This document shows, piece after piece, positions 1 to 12,974 of a stretch of DNA of 64,000 nucleotides. The position numbers and the translations under genes were made by a program. The notes under the pieces were generated by a model. The model ran no database searches, was not told the DNA's origin, and saw only the letters and a list, made by a program, of their open reading frames with translations. Numbering within the stretch: position 1 is the first letter of the stretch; the number at the start of each line of letters is the position of its first letter. Source of the stretch: Ylistrum balloti (Eukaryota); NCBI RefSeq assembly GCF_031769215.1, contig NW_026781913.1:620001-684000 (forward strand), given 5' to 3'.

Positions 1-341
1 TGTGAATATCTGTAAAATGGTTGAGGATACTAAATTTCATGTTATCTTTAACGACTGAGGATATGAAAACATTAGGTTTTCATTATACTTTGTCAGTAAC
101 TGCGGTATCACGTAAGTTTCCACACCAGACCGTCTTTCAGTGAAATCTATCATACCTCATAATTATTATCATTTGGATAGCTGAAGTGTTATCATTTGGA
201 TAGCTGAAGTGTTATCATTTGCTGACAAAAGTAGCCTCTTATTCAGCTCTACATTTTTTCTTCATATAATGTTTATAGAATGATACAAGATGTTAATATT
301 TAGCAAGCTATTTCAAATCAAGATGATTTATTTTCCAATGG

Positions 342-2481
342 TTTTTAGGTCACCTGAGCCGACTTTTCACATATTCGACTTCTTCTCAAGAACCACTGGA
401 TGGATTTTGACCAAACTTGGCACAAAGCATCTGCAAGGGAAGCCGCTTCAAGTTTGCGAAGAAAACGGGTGTGGCCCCAATAGGGGCCCGGAAGGGGGAA
501 AATGGTGGTAAAATTAGGTAAATCTTTAAAAAATCTTCATCTCATGAACCAACTGTCAGATAAAATTCATATTTGATATTTAGGGTCCTTATGGTAAGGT
601 CTACAAAGTTTGCGAATGAAAAAAATCGGGTCAAAAACTGCCCCACTAGGGGGCGTTCAAAAGGGTCGAAAATTCAACTTTGACCGATTTCAACCAAATT
701 TGGTAGACAGGAAATAGGAAATTAAGTTGAAAAAAGTGATAATGTCCCCTTTGGGGCCCATAAGGGGTGTAAAAGGGACCATATGTTAAAAACCTTCTTT
801 AAATGACTTCTTCTCAAGAACCAGTGGATGGATTTTGACCAAACTTGGCACAAAGCATCCCCATGGGAAGCCGTTTCAAGTTTGCGAAGAAAAAGGGCGT
901 GACCCCAATAGGGGGAAAAAGGGGTAAAATTAGGTAAATCTTTAATAAATCTTCTTCGCATGAACCAAGTCAGATTAAGTTCGTGCGTCGTTAACTTTTT
1001 AGGTCATCTGAGCCAAAGTCTCATGATGACCTATTGCCATCATGATTTGTCTGTCGTCGTCCGTCGTGCGTCATTAACTTTTCACATTTTCGACTTCTTC
1101 TCAAGAACCACTGGATGGATTTTAGCCAAACTTGGCACAAAGTATCCCTATAGTTAGATGCATCAAGTTTGCGAAAGAAAATGGTGTGGCTCTAATAGGG
1201 GCTACAGGAGAGGGCGAAAAGGGGGAACATTAGGTAAATCTTTAAAAATCTTCTTCTTATGAACCAAGTATCAGATTTTCCAAAAATTCAAAATTAATGA
1301 TTCTTAGAGCAAGGCCTACAAAGTTTGTGAATTAGAAAAAAAATTTGGTCATAAACAGGCCCTCCAGGGGGCACTAAAAAGGGGTCAAAATTCAAAGTTG
1401 ACGGATTTCAACCAAATTTAGTATATAGGGTCCCCTACTAAAGAACATGTGACTTTGAGTTGAAAAAAAGTTTCTGAGGGGTTCTGGGGCCTCATAGGGG
1501 GGGGGGGCCAAAAAGGGGTCATTTAGAGTTTTGAAAATAGGTTCTTATGGCATTGGCCATGTTTTTTTGGGTTACAACCACACTAAGTACAAAGCATCTG
1601 TGTAATAAGACGCATTTAGTTTGGGGACAAAAAAGTAATGACTGCAATAGAGGCCCCAGGTGGGTGTAAAAAAGGAGTAAAATTAGGTAAAGTAAGCTTT
1701 TTTAAGTTTACAATAGAAAAAGATGTGGCCTCAATGGGTGGCATATTTAAGGGGCAGAAAGGTGTACAATTTGTTAAATCTTAGCAAATCTTGTTGTCCT
1801 GAACCAAAAGTGTAACTTCATATAAATGATCTTTAGGGAAAGGACTGCAAAGTTTGTGAGAATAAAAATAACTGGTCCAAAATTAGCACTTCTGATATTT
1901 GTTACATATTAATCTTTAATAAAGACATGTTGTGTGTTTATGACAACAATATAGGCGAGAAAAAATGTGTAGCCAGATCTTTCATCAAACCCTGACCTTA
2001 TTACTCGCTGAACCTTCTATGCTCTGAACTACATGTATAATATGGTTCAATACCTGTGGTAATGCTACATTTCTCAGCCTTGATACATATATATTCCTGT
2101 CTCAGAAGTACCACAAGATTTTTTTCACATTGTTTTATTTGAGTTTTTTTAGTGGGATGCCTTATTGTATTAGACAAGGAAAAGATTGTGGATAGACTTT
2201 AAATTGATCTGATTTTTTGTATACTTTAGCTATACATGTATCTACTAAGCTATATTTCAACTTGTAAATGAAAACATGATTTGCTGAATATAAATGTGCA
2301 ACCCTGGCCTCTGTTTGGACTTCCTCTCAAGAACCACTGGGTGGATCATGTTCAAAGTTGGTACAGATGTTTTACACACAGTCCTGCACAAGTGTTGTTA
2401 CATTTTTCCAACATTTTAAAATCCCCAGATTATTGACATATATTTCTCAGGTGACCGTTAAGGCCCCTTGCGCCTCTTGTT
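342..2481 (+). mobile_element. Nested or compound non-autonomous Helentron-associated element(s) (HINE/DINE-like)
   Basis: 5' end tttttAGGTCACCTGAG at 342-358. Second 5' end tttttaggtcatctgag at ~996-1012, followed by a GTCGTCGTCCGTC microsatellite seed. Inverted subterminal CTCAGGTGACC at 2446-2456, then a short GC hairpin and CTTGTT end at ~2481. Internal block gacttcttctcaagaaccactggatgg recurs at ~378, ~806, ~1092 and ~2317. ORFs here look spurious. Confidence 0.7.
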
Positions 2482-3989
2482 ATATATTGGTGTGACAATC
2501 GTGAATGTCTAACGTTTTGCTTAGACCATTGCAGTTCATCAGACCCAGATCGATTGAAAGTCAACAGAACGAGTACATCATATTGGAAGTTCATTCTACT
2601 TTGATTGTTTACCTCAACTCTAATGGTAACTGTGCGTAGACACACAAAAGATGTACGTCCAAAGTTAGAGGTCTTGGTTTTCAGTCTTCGTCTGGTCGTT
2701 GCCTTTACCCAGAGGTAGCGCCAAAGACTGTGTTGAAGGAGCGATGATTTGAAGTATACATATGATATAGAATTCAAGTTGTGGCATTTTACTTCGGTCT
2801 TTTGATACAAAGTAACTGTATACTAGTACGGGTATTTTTCATTTTCATTCTTAAGTGTTGTGGCATTCTGTTGACTTTTGACATCTGGGGCAATTTCAAA
2901 ATCTGAAGGGTCAAAATATAGACTAATGTCCCTATACACCCAAGTGTCATCTCATTTTAGTAATTGAATAATATACTCCCAAGGGCCTACTGAGTTTAAA
3001 CAGGAAATTTTGTATCTGAAAGAATTTATGGTAGATCTTCATGATTGCAAGTATAAATAGCTCTTCAAAACAAAACACAAGAAATGTCAGTTTGTTGAGA
3101 AAGTTTTGATCACTTGTCAGTTGGTTATGAATACATTAGTTGAAAAACATTTGTAAATAAAACCAACTATGAATAATGTTGTCTTTGTGATGAAATTGTT
3201 TTATCACACTTTATAAATGTATTACAGTAATCCTATGATTATCTGTGTAAATTCATGATTTTAACAGAATTAAAAAGAAAAAGCAATACAGCAGTGATAG
3301 AAATTAATGTTTATCATTTATTATTCGAAACTTAATAACTAGTAAAGCATACAGTAGAGAACATTATTTGCAACCTAATGTATTGTACTAATACAATGTA
3401 GCCATCAACATTCACTGGAATCAAGTATAAACAAACTACATGATTCAGTCATGTTCAAATTATTTCCCAGTGCAATATGCTGAACTAGTGGACTTTGAAA
3501 AATAACATTATTAAGATTTTGTGCAGAAGAATTCCCATTTATCCCCTACAACCCTGTCTGAACTAGCAGTGACCATCATTATAAACTTGTCATGTTCAAT
3601 TTCAGTTCTATTATTCACAACAAGACATGAATTTGCTTCTCTTCTAGATTGAAATTGCAGTGTTTAAAAAAACGTTCGTTTAGAAATATTTCTTTCATCA
3701 TGTCCATAAAAAATATTAAGTCTTATTATTTTCATTTTTTAATGTGTCCATTGATTACAGCTGGTCTCCACAGATGACAATGCAACATTACTGAGGTCAT
3801 ATTCTGCTATCTATCGAGAGATCTGCTATCCAACTTTTTAAGATGAACAGGGAACCAGTATTTCGAGAGACTGTAGTTATTCCGACTATGGAGACCCAGA
3901 GGAATGGTTCTTTTGAAGATACTGTTTGGTTAACATTTCAACATATAATGTCCTTTCAAAATTCCTGTTGATATTTGTCCATTTTGTCA

Positions 3990-6951
3990 TCAATATGTCT
4001 GCTTTGGCTGTTGTGTTGGAAGAATCCCAAACCTCTTCTTGATTGTTACCCGATGCCTGGAGTATTTATCATCTGGTGAAAATCTGGCTGGGTGGGCAGA
4101 GAAAGTGGGCTTTCCCTCAAGGTCCTCCCTCTGTAAAGATTTCATTACATATATTAGTAACAACCATATCTGAACTTACTGATAAACTTGTAATTAATGC
4201 TCTTTTATTTCAATGTATAATGATTTTGCTCTCCTTTTTTGATACATGCATGCAACTACGATCAGGGGTTTCATGTTATATAGATACACTGTCTGCTACA
4301 GTTGACAACATTATTTGGGCTTTATATATATAACCCCCATAGATCTGTCGAGCTGTCAACCTCAATAATCTTATATAGAAAACATGTGACATATTTGATC
4401 ATTGACTTTTTCACCATGCATTTGGTAATTGCATTGTTCTCACCAATTACAATTTCTTGGCAATGCTGAGAGAAATTTTATTAAATATTGAACTTAAATT
4501 GCACAAAACTGGACATTTTTTCAAAGAAAGGCATTGGCTATATTACTGTGGCATATAAAAAATATGGTTTTTTTTTTTGCAAAAGTTTAAGAGAATTTCC
4601 TGTGTTTCTATTTCAAAATTACCCTACATTTGGGTAGTTTGTGCAGGTTGGGGAAAAAACACAAATTTGCAGTTGTATGATGTTTCATGACTAAATAATG
4701 CGACTTGTGAAAAAATGGGTGTGGGGGAGTTTACAGTGAATTTGCTGTTTCCCTCGACTGTTAACGTTGTGTCCAACCATTATAAAGTAATGTTACTGAT
4801 ATGAACATTCTAAAGCACTTCAAAAGGAAGGAGCCAATGTCAGGTCTGGATACGTGGTTGTTTAGTGGGGTACTTCGTGGTGAGTATGGATACCAGATGG
4901 TATGCAGGGCGATCAAACAAAAACTAAATAGTATGTGCAGAACGGATATTTATCACAACATACTCACGCATTACCAATAAGAGGGTGTTTCCTTTATATG
5001 TCTACTAGTTTCGCCTCTGAAGTTGATTTTGTCCTGATGAAGCCTCAATGTTACAGCTTCTTTTCAGAAACTGAAAGATTATGTCTCTGATAGAACAAAA
5101 GATGATACTTTCTTTGTTATACCAAATGTATCTATTGATTTTACTTCAAAAATTTTGAAAAAACCTTGATGTTCACAAATCTACAGGTTTTGATGGTATT
5201 AGTGCTAAGTTGCTGAAAATTGTTTATAATGAAGTAGCACCTTCTCTTACCTACATTATGAATATCAGTCGAAAGACAGGTAAATTTCCTACACAGTGGA
5301 AAACAGCTAAAGTTACCCCGCTTCATAAAAATGGTAGCACTGCTGATGTTGAAAACTTTATAGGCCAATATCAGTCTTACCTGTTCTCCACCAAATTTTA
5401 GAGAAACATGTTCATAACACTTTATACAAATACCTTACAGACCATGATTTACTTTTAGCGTCCCAATCTGGCTTTCGCCACAAACATTCATGTGAAACAG
5501 CATTACTGAATATTGTTAACTCCTGGGGTGAGAACATTGATGACGGTCTTTGTACAGGAGTTATTTTCCTAGACTTTAAAAAACCCTTTGATCTAGTCGA
5601 TCACTCTGTTTTACTTCAGAAACTTTCCCTGTATAAAATTAATCAATGTTCATTTCTGTGGTTCAAGTCATATCTCGACAACAGGGCACAGTTAGTCTCC
5701 ATTACTGGCCACATGTCGACCATCTGTAAAATAACCCATGGTGTCCCTCAAGGATCTATTTTAGGTCCTCTGATGTTTTTAGTATTCATAAATGACTTGC
5801 CACTTACTGTCAGATGTCATACAGATATGTATGCAGACGATTCTACTTTATCTGTTACTGGTAGATCATTGGATGATATCAATAGCAAACTGCAATCTGA
5901 TTTAAACAATGTTTATTCATGGTGAGTTGAAAATAAGATGATTATAAATGTCAAGAAAACAAAATGTATGTGTATAGCTTCTAAACAGAAACAAAGTAGA
6001 AACTGCTTAACTCTAGATCTTACCTTGTGTAATGAATCTTTAGAACAGGTTGTAAGAGATAAATTACTTGGGGTCATCATCGATAATTCCTTGACATGGT
6101 CAGATCACATTTTGTCAATATTGGGCAAAATAAGGCAAAAGCTAGGCTTGTTGCGTCGTATTAGTCCATATTTACCCATGGAAGGAAAACTGAATTTTTT
6201 CAGGCATGTATTTTCCCACATTTTGTGTATTGCAGCACTGTGTGGTCAGGTTGTTCAGGAAATTTAATGGACAAGCTTTTGAAAACTCAGAAACAAGTTG
6301 CCAGAATGATTCTCGATGTACCAATAAATACCCCTTCCAAAGACATGTTTGAAGTTTTACAGTGGATGCCTATTTATAGATACTTTAAGTTTAGAAGATT
6401 ATATATGATTTTTAAATGTTTACATGAAGATGTCCCAGACTACTTATCTAGCAATATCTCATTAGTTAGAAATAGTCACAATAGAACCACAATATATGCC
6501 TGTGATAACAACTTTTTAGTTTTTTTACTCAAACCATTTTTTAATATCGAGTATCAAAGATTGGAATCTTTTACCTCACGAACTTAAGGGGATTAATTGT
6601 TTTACTACTTTTAAAAGACTACTAGTCAAACTTTTACTTGATTTGTAGACAATTTTGCAAGATACTGCTGCTTTTTACTTTTAAGAGCAACCAAGTCTTT
6701 TATTTGTACACTGTATACTTTTCAATAATGTATGTAATCATGTAATTTTCATGTTGTTTTTACTAACCCATTGATACGTACTTTTACTAACAAGAGCAGA
6801 GGACCATGTGTTAGAAAAGCCTTTGGCTTAACGTGTATTTATCCTCTGAAAATAAAGATTATTATTATTATTCTGATATTATCGATGAATACAGTACCTT
6901 CAGTGTGTAGACACGGTCTCCCTTTTCGTTAAGGTAGTACATCAAATACAT
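3990..6951 (-). CDS. NOP10: H/ACA ribonucleoprotein complex subunit 3 (NOP10), 64 aa, 2 exons
   Basis: Exon 1 6951-6898 = [18 protein letters not shown], donor GTACTG. Exon 2 4130-3990 after tttacAG = [46 protein letters not shown]. The [17 protein letters not shown] motif and the 18+46 aa split match NOP10 as I recall it. Absent from the ORF track. Confidence 0.96.
5055..6872 (+). mobile_element. 5'-truncated, degraded CR1/L2-clade non-LTR retrotransposon (reverse transcriptase) in the NOP10 intron, antisense to NOP10
   Basis: Frameshifted RT motifs [71 protein letters not shown]. Internal stop at ~5923. Ends in AATAAAG(ATT)n tail at ~6851-6872. Confidence 0.92.
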
Positions 6952-7110
6952 CTTGTTAAAAAAGAAATATTGTTCCAACACAAAACTCAACCACGAGGGA
7001 AGATATGAAATCTAGGTGCTTTTTACTCTTTATTTAGCTTGGACGAGGGAGTAGTTTTAAAGCGTTTCTATGACCATTAAGGTGATTCTAAATTTCAAAT
7101 GTGATTACGG

Positions 7111-8327
7111 ATTCGGTGAATCCGAATTAACGCTGAGTCAGGTTTGTATTGCTAGATCAAATTACTGATGTAAGTATTTTTATGAATATTATGGAAAAGT
7201 CACTATCAGTAATTTTAAACATCATTAACAAAGAAAGGAAAGAGAGGAATGGTTAATATCAGAACTTCATACTACAGGCCTGGTATTGCAATTACCTCTT
7301 TCACTTCTTGCTTTATTTTGCTCTAATTACTTGTTGCTAGGTATATGTAACCAAGGTCGCTCTATTTGTGTTAATGCCTCCACTAGGATTCAAACTTGTC
7401 TACTTACTAGTCCAATTCGGTGAATCCGAATTAACGCTGAGTCAGGTTTGTATTGCTAGATCAAATTACTGATGTAAGTATTTTTATGAATATTATGGAA
7501 AAGTCACTATCAGTAATTTTAAACATCATTAACAAAGAAAGGAAAGAGAGGAATGGTTAATATCAGAACTTCATACTACAGGCCTGGTATTGCAATTACC
7601 TCTTTCACTTCTTGCTTTATTTTGCTCTAATTACTTGTTGCTAGGTATATGTAACCAAGGTCGCTCTATTTGTGTTAATGCCTCCACTAGGATTTAAACT
7701 TGTCTACTTACTAGTCCAATTCGGTGAATCCGAATTAACGCTGAGTCAGGTTTGTATTGCTAGATCAAATTACTGATGTAAGTATTTTTATGAATATTAT
7801 GGAAAAGTCACTATCAGTAATTTTAAACATCATTAACAAAGAAAGGAAAGAGAGGAATGGTTAATATCAGAACTTCATACTACAGGCCTGGTATTGCAAT
7901 TACCTCTTTCACTTCTTGCTTTATTTTGCTCTAATTACTTGTTGCTAGGTATATGTAACCAAGGTCGCTCTATTTGTGTTAATGCCTCCACTAGGATTTA
8001 AACTTGTCTACTTACTAGTCCAATTCGGTGAATCCGAATTAACGCTGAGTCAGGTTTGTATTGCTAGATCAAATTACTGATGTAAGTATTTTTATGAATA
8101 TTATGGAAAAGTCACTATCAGTAATTTTAAACATCATTAACAAAGAAAGGAAAGAGAGGAATGGTTAATATCAGAACTTCATACTACAGGCCTGGTATTG
8201 CAATTACCTCTTTCACTTCTTGCTTTATTTTGCTCTAATTACTTGTTGCTAGGTATATGTAACCAAGGTCGCTCTATTTGTGTTAATGCCTCCACTAGGA
8301 TTCAAACTTGTCTGCTTACTAGTCCAA
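7111..8327. repeat. Tandem array of 4 near-identical 304-bp units
   Basis: Unit start attcggtgaatccgaat at 7111, 7415, 7719 and 8023. Copies differ at only a few positions (ggattcaaac/ggatttaaac, tctact/tctgct). Confidence 0.97.
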
Positions 8328-8605
8328 TGCTCAACCAATTAATCACAGAAGAGTACTCTTTAGTCGAGCAGTATATTGCAGCTAAGTGTTTTACCAGAGT
8401 TACATACTCATCCTCCCTAGAACAACTTGTCATAGAGTTTCCAGGGATTACAGCAATGCATGTGAAGGTAACACAAAGTAATTTTTCAGAGTCCCAACAT
8501 TGACACCAATCTAACAGGTCATTATTTATTTCACTGCCTCCCCAAGGACTCAAACCCTTGACCCCTGGCTTACTAGTCTGATGCTCTGCCAATCAAGCTG
8601 TGAAG
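8286..8605 (-). mobile_element. Two degenerate tRNA-derived (Thr-AGT-like) SINE heads
   Basis: Reverse complement of 8536-8600: cagcttgattggcagagc-atcagaCTAGTAAgccag-gggtcaagggtttgagtccttggggaggc (A-box, CTAGTAA anticodon-like loop, T-arm caagg/ccttg). A second copy at ~8286-8345 is partly included in the end of each 304-bp unit. Confidence 0.6.
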
Positions 8606-9506
8606 AGAAGTTTTCTAAGTCGTATATTGTGGCTAGTATTTTACAAGGACTATATTTATACTTAAAAAATCATGAATCACATGAATTCAGTCCGGCTTTC
8701 AACGCATGGATACAATAGTAACCAACTCCTATATATCTATTTAAGCTATTTATTACAAAATCTTCAGAAAGTATATGACTGGTATTTATAAAGGACATAG
8801 ATAAAAAAAGAACTCAAGCATAAAAAAGATTTTATTAAACTGTTGATACATTCGACGAAACATTCTGTGATATGAAACAAATGTTTGAAGTATTGTGGAA
8901 TATTCATTATTGAATAAGATATTGTTTTGACATTCTGAATTAACATGTGGTAATATATTTAGGAAATTTTATCTTATATAAAATCACTGATAGTGTTTAT
9001 CAAGGGTCAGTAATTTTTTCATTATTTGCCAGGGTTTATTTTTTTCCCTTTTTTTTTTTTTTTTAGCCATTTTCACCACAAGATTGGCTTACAAATACTG
9101 TAAATGTACATATTTTAATGGTTGTCTTTATTTTTGACGCTTTTTCTGTTATATATTGAATATATTGTGTCGAAGTAAGTATGTTAACAGTATTGAAGTA
9201 TTTTGATTGAGAAAGACTAACATTATATACTGTCTGATCCTGCTATTCAATTGAGAAAATCAGGCACAGATAAATTATAGTATTCCCGTTTCGACACTAA
9301 TTGACAAAATTTCTGTACATACTGAAATCAACCCATATGTGGTATACATATTGTATAAATTTTATTTGGCCTTGCACTAAAATGGTAAACAATACTGTAG
9401 TACTGTATACATGAATATCAGCCATATTGTGTAATTTCTATTTTCTTTTCAGTTTTCTTTGTGATGTTTTTGATGGCTTTGAAATAGGAATTTCCATTAA
9501 ACAACA

Positions 9507-11281
9507 ATGAGTAAACCCACCTTTGCCTATTTCGCCTATGGGAGTAACCTGCTGAAGGAACGCCTTTTACTCAGAAATCCAACTGCTGTGTTTCGGTCTA
9601 TTGCAAAGCTAGAGGTATCAATGAAATTCATTTATATCATTTGTTCAGTATTATGATTAAAAGGAAATTGAAAACAATGTAAAGGATTTATAGAGGAAGG
9701 CAGAATGAAACAATCTTTGAAATAAACAATTATGTTATATTCATTAAGATGATTAATGAAATCTATAAGGAACTCATTATAAAATGAAGTGGATGAAACA
9801 TTCATGAATTTCTGTTGTAGGTTTACTTGATAATCATATATCATTGTCAGTAAAAGAACTAATAAAGATCAAAGAAGTGGAAACATCAAACTTACATAAA
9901 ACCAATTAAGATCATATAATAGCAGGTGCCATGATTGTGAAATTCTGAGAATTGTTTACAAGAGCCTGCTAGTCCTTCCACGCTGTACAAGAAATCCTTA
10001 CTGGTGTTTGTTTTCCATTCCAGGATTACAAATTAGACTTTGAGGCGATTACGGATCCTAACCTCTCAAGATGGCATGGTGGTGTTGCTAACATCGTGGA
10101 GAAACCTGGAGATAGTTTGTGGGGTGCTGTATGGGAACTAGATAACAAGGACCTTCCCAATCTGGACAAGTAAGATTGTGGGGGGGATTTTTGGTATTTG
10201 TTGATGAAGAAATGTTAAGTTTTCTGAGTGACAGTCTGGTGGTCATTTCAATATTTTTTGTTATTGCATAGCACAAATAAATACATAAAAAATACCAATC
10301 AAAAATCGAAAAGAGACATGATTAGTAAAAAAACAAACAGCCATCTTGCTTATTTTGCTTGCATTCTGCCATCAAATATTTTTGGAAACTGAAACTGATG
10401 CAGCTCTTGACAATTAAACATTTATTACATTGGAGTGACAAAGGTCTTACCAGTCGGTATGTTCTGCCAAAATTGTTTATTAATTTTGATGTCTGCAAAC
10501 TAGAACATATCACTCCATTTTTAGAGCAAGTTTTCAAAACATCTACCAATGGAATATGTCTTCTGCAATAATGATATTATCACTATAATATGATTTACAT
10601 TTGAAGTGGACCAGATAGCCATATTGAACTTTTAGGTCTTACACCAAGAAGCTTTATTACCTTAGACATGTGGGTACAAATTCCAACATTGCTATAAATA
10701 CCGTAAATTTTAGCGTATAGTGCGCACTTTTTCAAGCTAAAACTGTCGTGTCAAAAAGGGGTGCGCATTATATGCAGGAGCATGCCATTCTTTGGGTTAT
10801 CATTCCCGAGTTCTGTGTCCGCCATATTGGATTACCTCCCTTCTCATAGTTATATGTAAAAGTAGGTAGACAAATGTCCAAGAAAACAATAACTGAAGGT
10901 AACAATCAGTATCATAATATACAATACTACCTATCTAGTCACTAGACATTGGTGAAAAGCATGTTTTTTGTTTCTAAAAGATTAGTTTTTTTATTGTTTT
11001 TTTTCAGACAAGAAGATATCTATAAAGGGTTTGATGTGAAGGTCTGTTATCCTGGTGGTCAGAAAGTCATCTGTCGTACGTACAAAATTGATAAAAAAGG
11101 CAACCCAATGTATGACAAGAGGCCATCTCCACATTACAAGGATGTTATCATACGAGGAGCACGGGAGCTACAACTACCTAATGATTATCTAGACTTCCTA
11201 CAAAAAATTCCAGATAATGGTTATCAAGGAAGAGTTCCCATTTACGAGGAGGTGATGAAAAAGCTTGGGGCAAAATTATAG
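9507..11281 (+). CDS. GGCT: Gamma-glutamylcyclotransferase paralogue a, 175 aa, 3 coding exons
   Basis: Exons 9507-9614 (MSKPTFAYFAYGSNLLKERL...AKLE), 10024-10169 (DYKLDF...WHGGVANI...LWGAVWEL...LD) and 11008-11281 (QEDIY...RPSPHYKDVIIRGA...). All GT-AG with consistent phases, 528 nt. YGSN loop and catalytic Glu (QE) present. Acceptor ttttcAG at 9452 implies an upstream non-coding exon. AATAAA at 11316. Confidence 0.95.
10699..10830 (+). mobile_element. pogo/Tc1-mariner-like terminal fragment in GGCT-a intron 2
   Basis: TA|CCGTAAA end followed by the subterminal inverted pair tatagtgcgcac...gtgcgcattata, which resembles the ends of pogo-type elements. Confidence 0.55.
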
Positions 11282-11419
11282 AGACGTAATGTTTGACTGT
11301 GTTGAGATTTGCCAAAATAAAAAGGAAACCTGGTAATTAACATATCAAATCCATGATATACATGTATTGATATTTCTATCCATCTTCAAAGTCTTTTTTG
11401 TAAAAAGTTTCAATCAATA

Positions 11420-11720
11420 ACCATCAGGTTTTGTCTGTCATCGTACACTATTTGTAAACTTTTTTTTCAAATAATTTCTTCTCAATAACCTTAACACCAA
11501 AGTTGCTGTATTGGACTTGTAGCATCCTGGTGAATGTCCTTGACCCAATTTCAAGGTCGAAGGGGTCAAATATGTTAGAATCTTCAAACTTCTTCTCAAT
11601 AACCAAAATGCCCAGGTTGTTGATATTGAGCCTGAATCATGTAGCTTGCTTTGATGAATAACCTTGACCCAAATTCTTAATTTTTGATAGCCAAAAGGTC
11701 CAAGCTGTTGATATCGGTTC
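11420..11720. mobile_element. HINE-like internal repeat fragment
   Basis: gtctgtcatcgt seed followed by ttcttctcaataacc and ccttgacccaa...aaggtc blocks, each present twice, as in the other HINE-like elements here. Confidence 0.4.
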
Positions 11721-11848
11721 TGTATAAAAAGGATGAAGACTAAAAATTTATTGAGATGAATGACATTGACCTACTTCCAAGGTCACTGGGGTAAAAAGTG
11801 TGTTTAGAACATTGAAATTCTTTCATAAAGCAATAGGTTCTGGTACTA

Positions 11849-12720
11849 TTTTTTTTTTTTAATATAATTTTACAATTTAGAATATAGAGAGGGAGAGGGG
11901 GGAGAGTAGCAGGGAGGAGAGTAGAAAGGGTGGGGGGAGATGGGGGGAGGGGACACGGGGTAGAATATCTATGTTGCAAGATAATTTAACTATTGGTTAA
12001 ATACAGAATAAACTATCTTATTAGAACTAATATCTTTCAGCTGTATAAGGGACATCATAGGGTGAAAAGAATAGAGTATATAAGTATACAGTGAATATGT
12101 TTTGAATGTATTGTGTAGTAAGAGTGAGATAAATTATATATATTTACAGATTAATTAATTACTCCCATTTTCCACATTCTTTGCCAAATTTGTGTTTTTC
12201 TTCGTCCCCTTTATTATTTAGGATGTATTTCTGGATTTGAGTAATTGTCCTTTATTGTGTTTATAAGTGTATTTATATTCAGAGAGTTGAGAAAGCATCT
12301 CATTTTATAAATATACTGTTTGATAATTGCCAACATGGTTCCTTGGAAGGAGATTTTGAAAGAGAAAGCCAAACAAGAACAATTTTTTATTAATTGAGAA
12401 AGGGATAAGCAGAGCTTTTAATAAAGATTCAAATGATTGAAGTAAGTTTTTAACTTCTTGACTCTCCCATAAGAGATGAGTAATTGTCTCAATTTCAGTA
12501 TTACAGAGAACACAAAGAGGGGAGATAACTAACCTTAACTTAAACAGTAAAGAATTGGTAACCAAGATATGATGAAGTACTCTGTACTGAAACCATTGAA
12601 GCTTTGTACTATTTGTCACCTGAAGTGGCAGTTTATAATATCTAGTCCAGGATGATTGGTCCTGGGACATTTTATATGTGGATTAGTATGTCTGAATAGG
12701 TTTCAAGTTTGCAGATTGAC
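11849..12720 (-). mobile_element. 3' fragment of an L1/Tx1-clade LINE (C-terminal zinc-knuckle region, 3' UTR, poly(A))
   Basis: ORF 12305-12670: KLQWFQYRVLHHILVTN...CVLCNTEIETITHLLW, a zf-RVT-like CxxC...ET..H motif. Followed on the minus strand by a C-rich tract (11885-11960) and an A-run at ~11849-11860. Confidence 0.8.
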
Positions 12721-12974
12721 TTTATGAACTAACAAAATCATTTGTGTTAGCTCTTGAACATGTGAAAAATTCAGGCCCATTTAACCTCTGTTATATATGT
12801 CTTTAAAGTCAGATGATCATTGAGGCCTTCTTGTTTTTTCACACTCTGTCCCTCTTCTGGTCCTAACTATTTAATCGTTTTAGGTAACTTTAAACAAAGA
12901 TTCATGACCATCATTATATAATTTTTTTTCTGTCCATAAACAATCAACATTTACAACTTCCTAAAAATACCTGA

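Noticed and set aside
290-1157. ORFs 290-511, 722-961, 960-1157 and 14883-15504 as genes
   Set aside because: They lie within HINE-like repeats and share the same translated repeat blocks.
5005-5050. Hammerhead ribozyme or Penelope-like motif (gtttcgcc ... cctgatgaagcc)
   Set aside because: The CTGATGA and GAAAC core elements are on opposite strands or in the wrong order, and there is no stem II. At most a relic.
8536-8605. Functional tRNA-Thr gene
   Set aside because: The acceptor and anticodon stems do not pair, and the T-loop is TTTGAGT. It fits a SINE head better.
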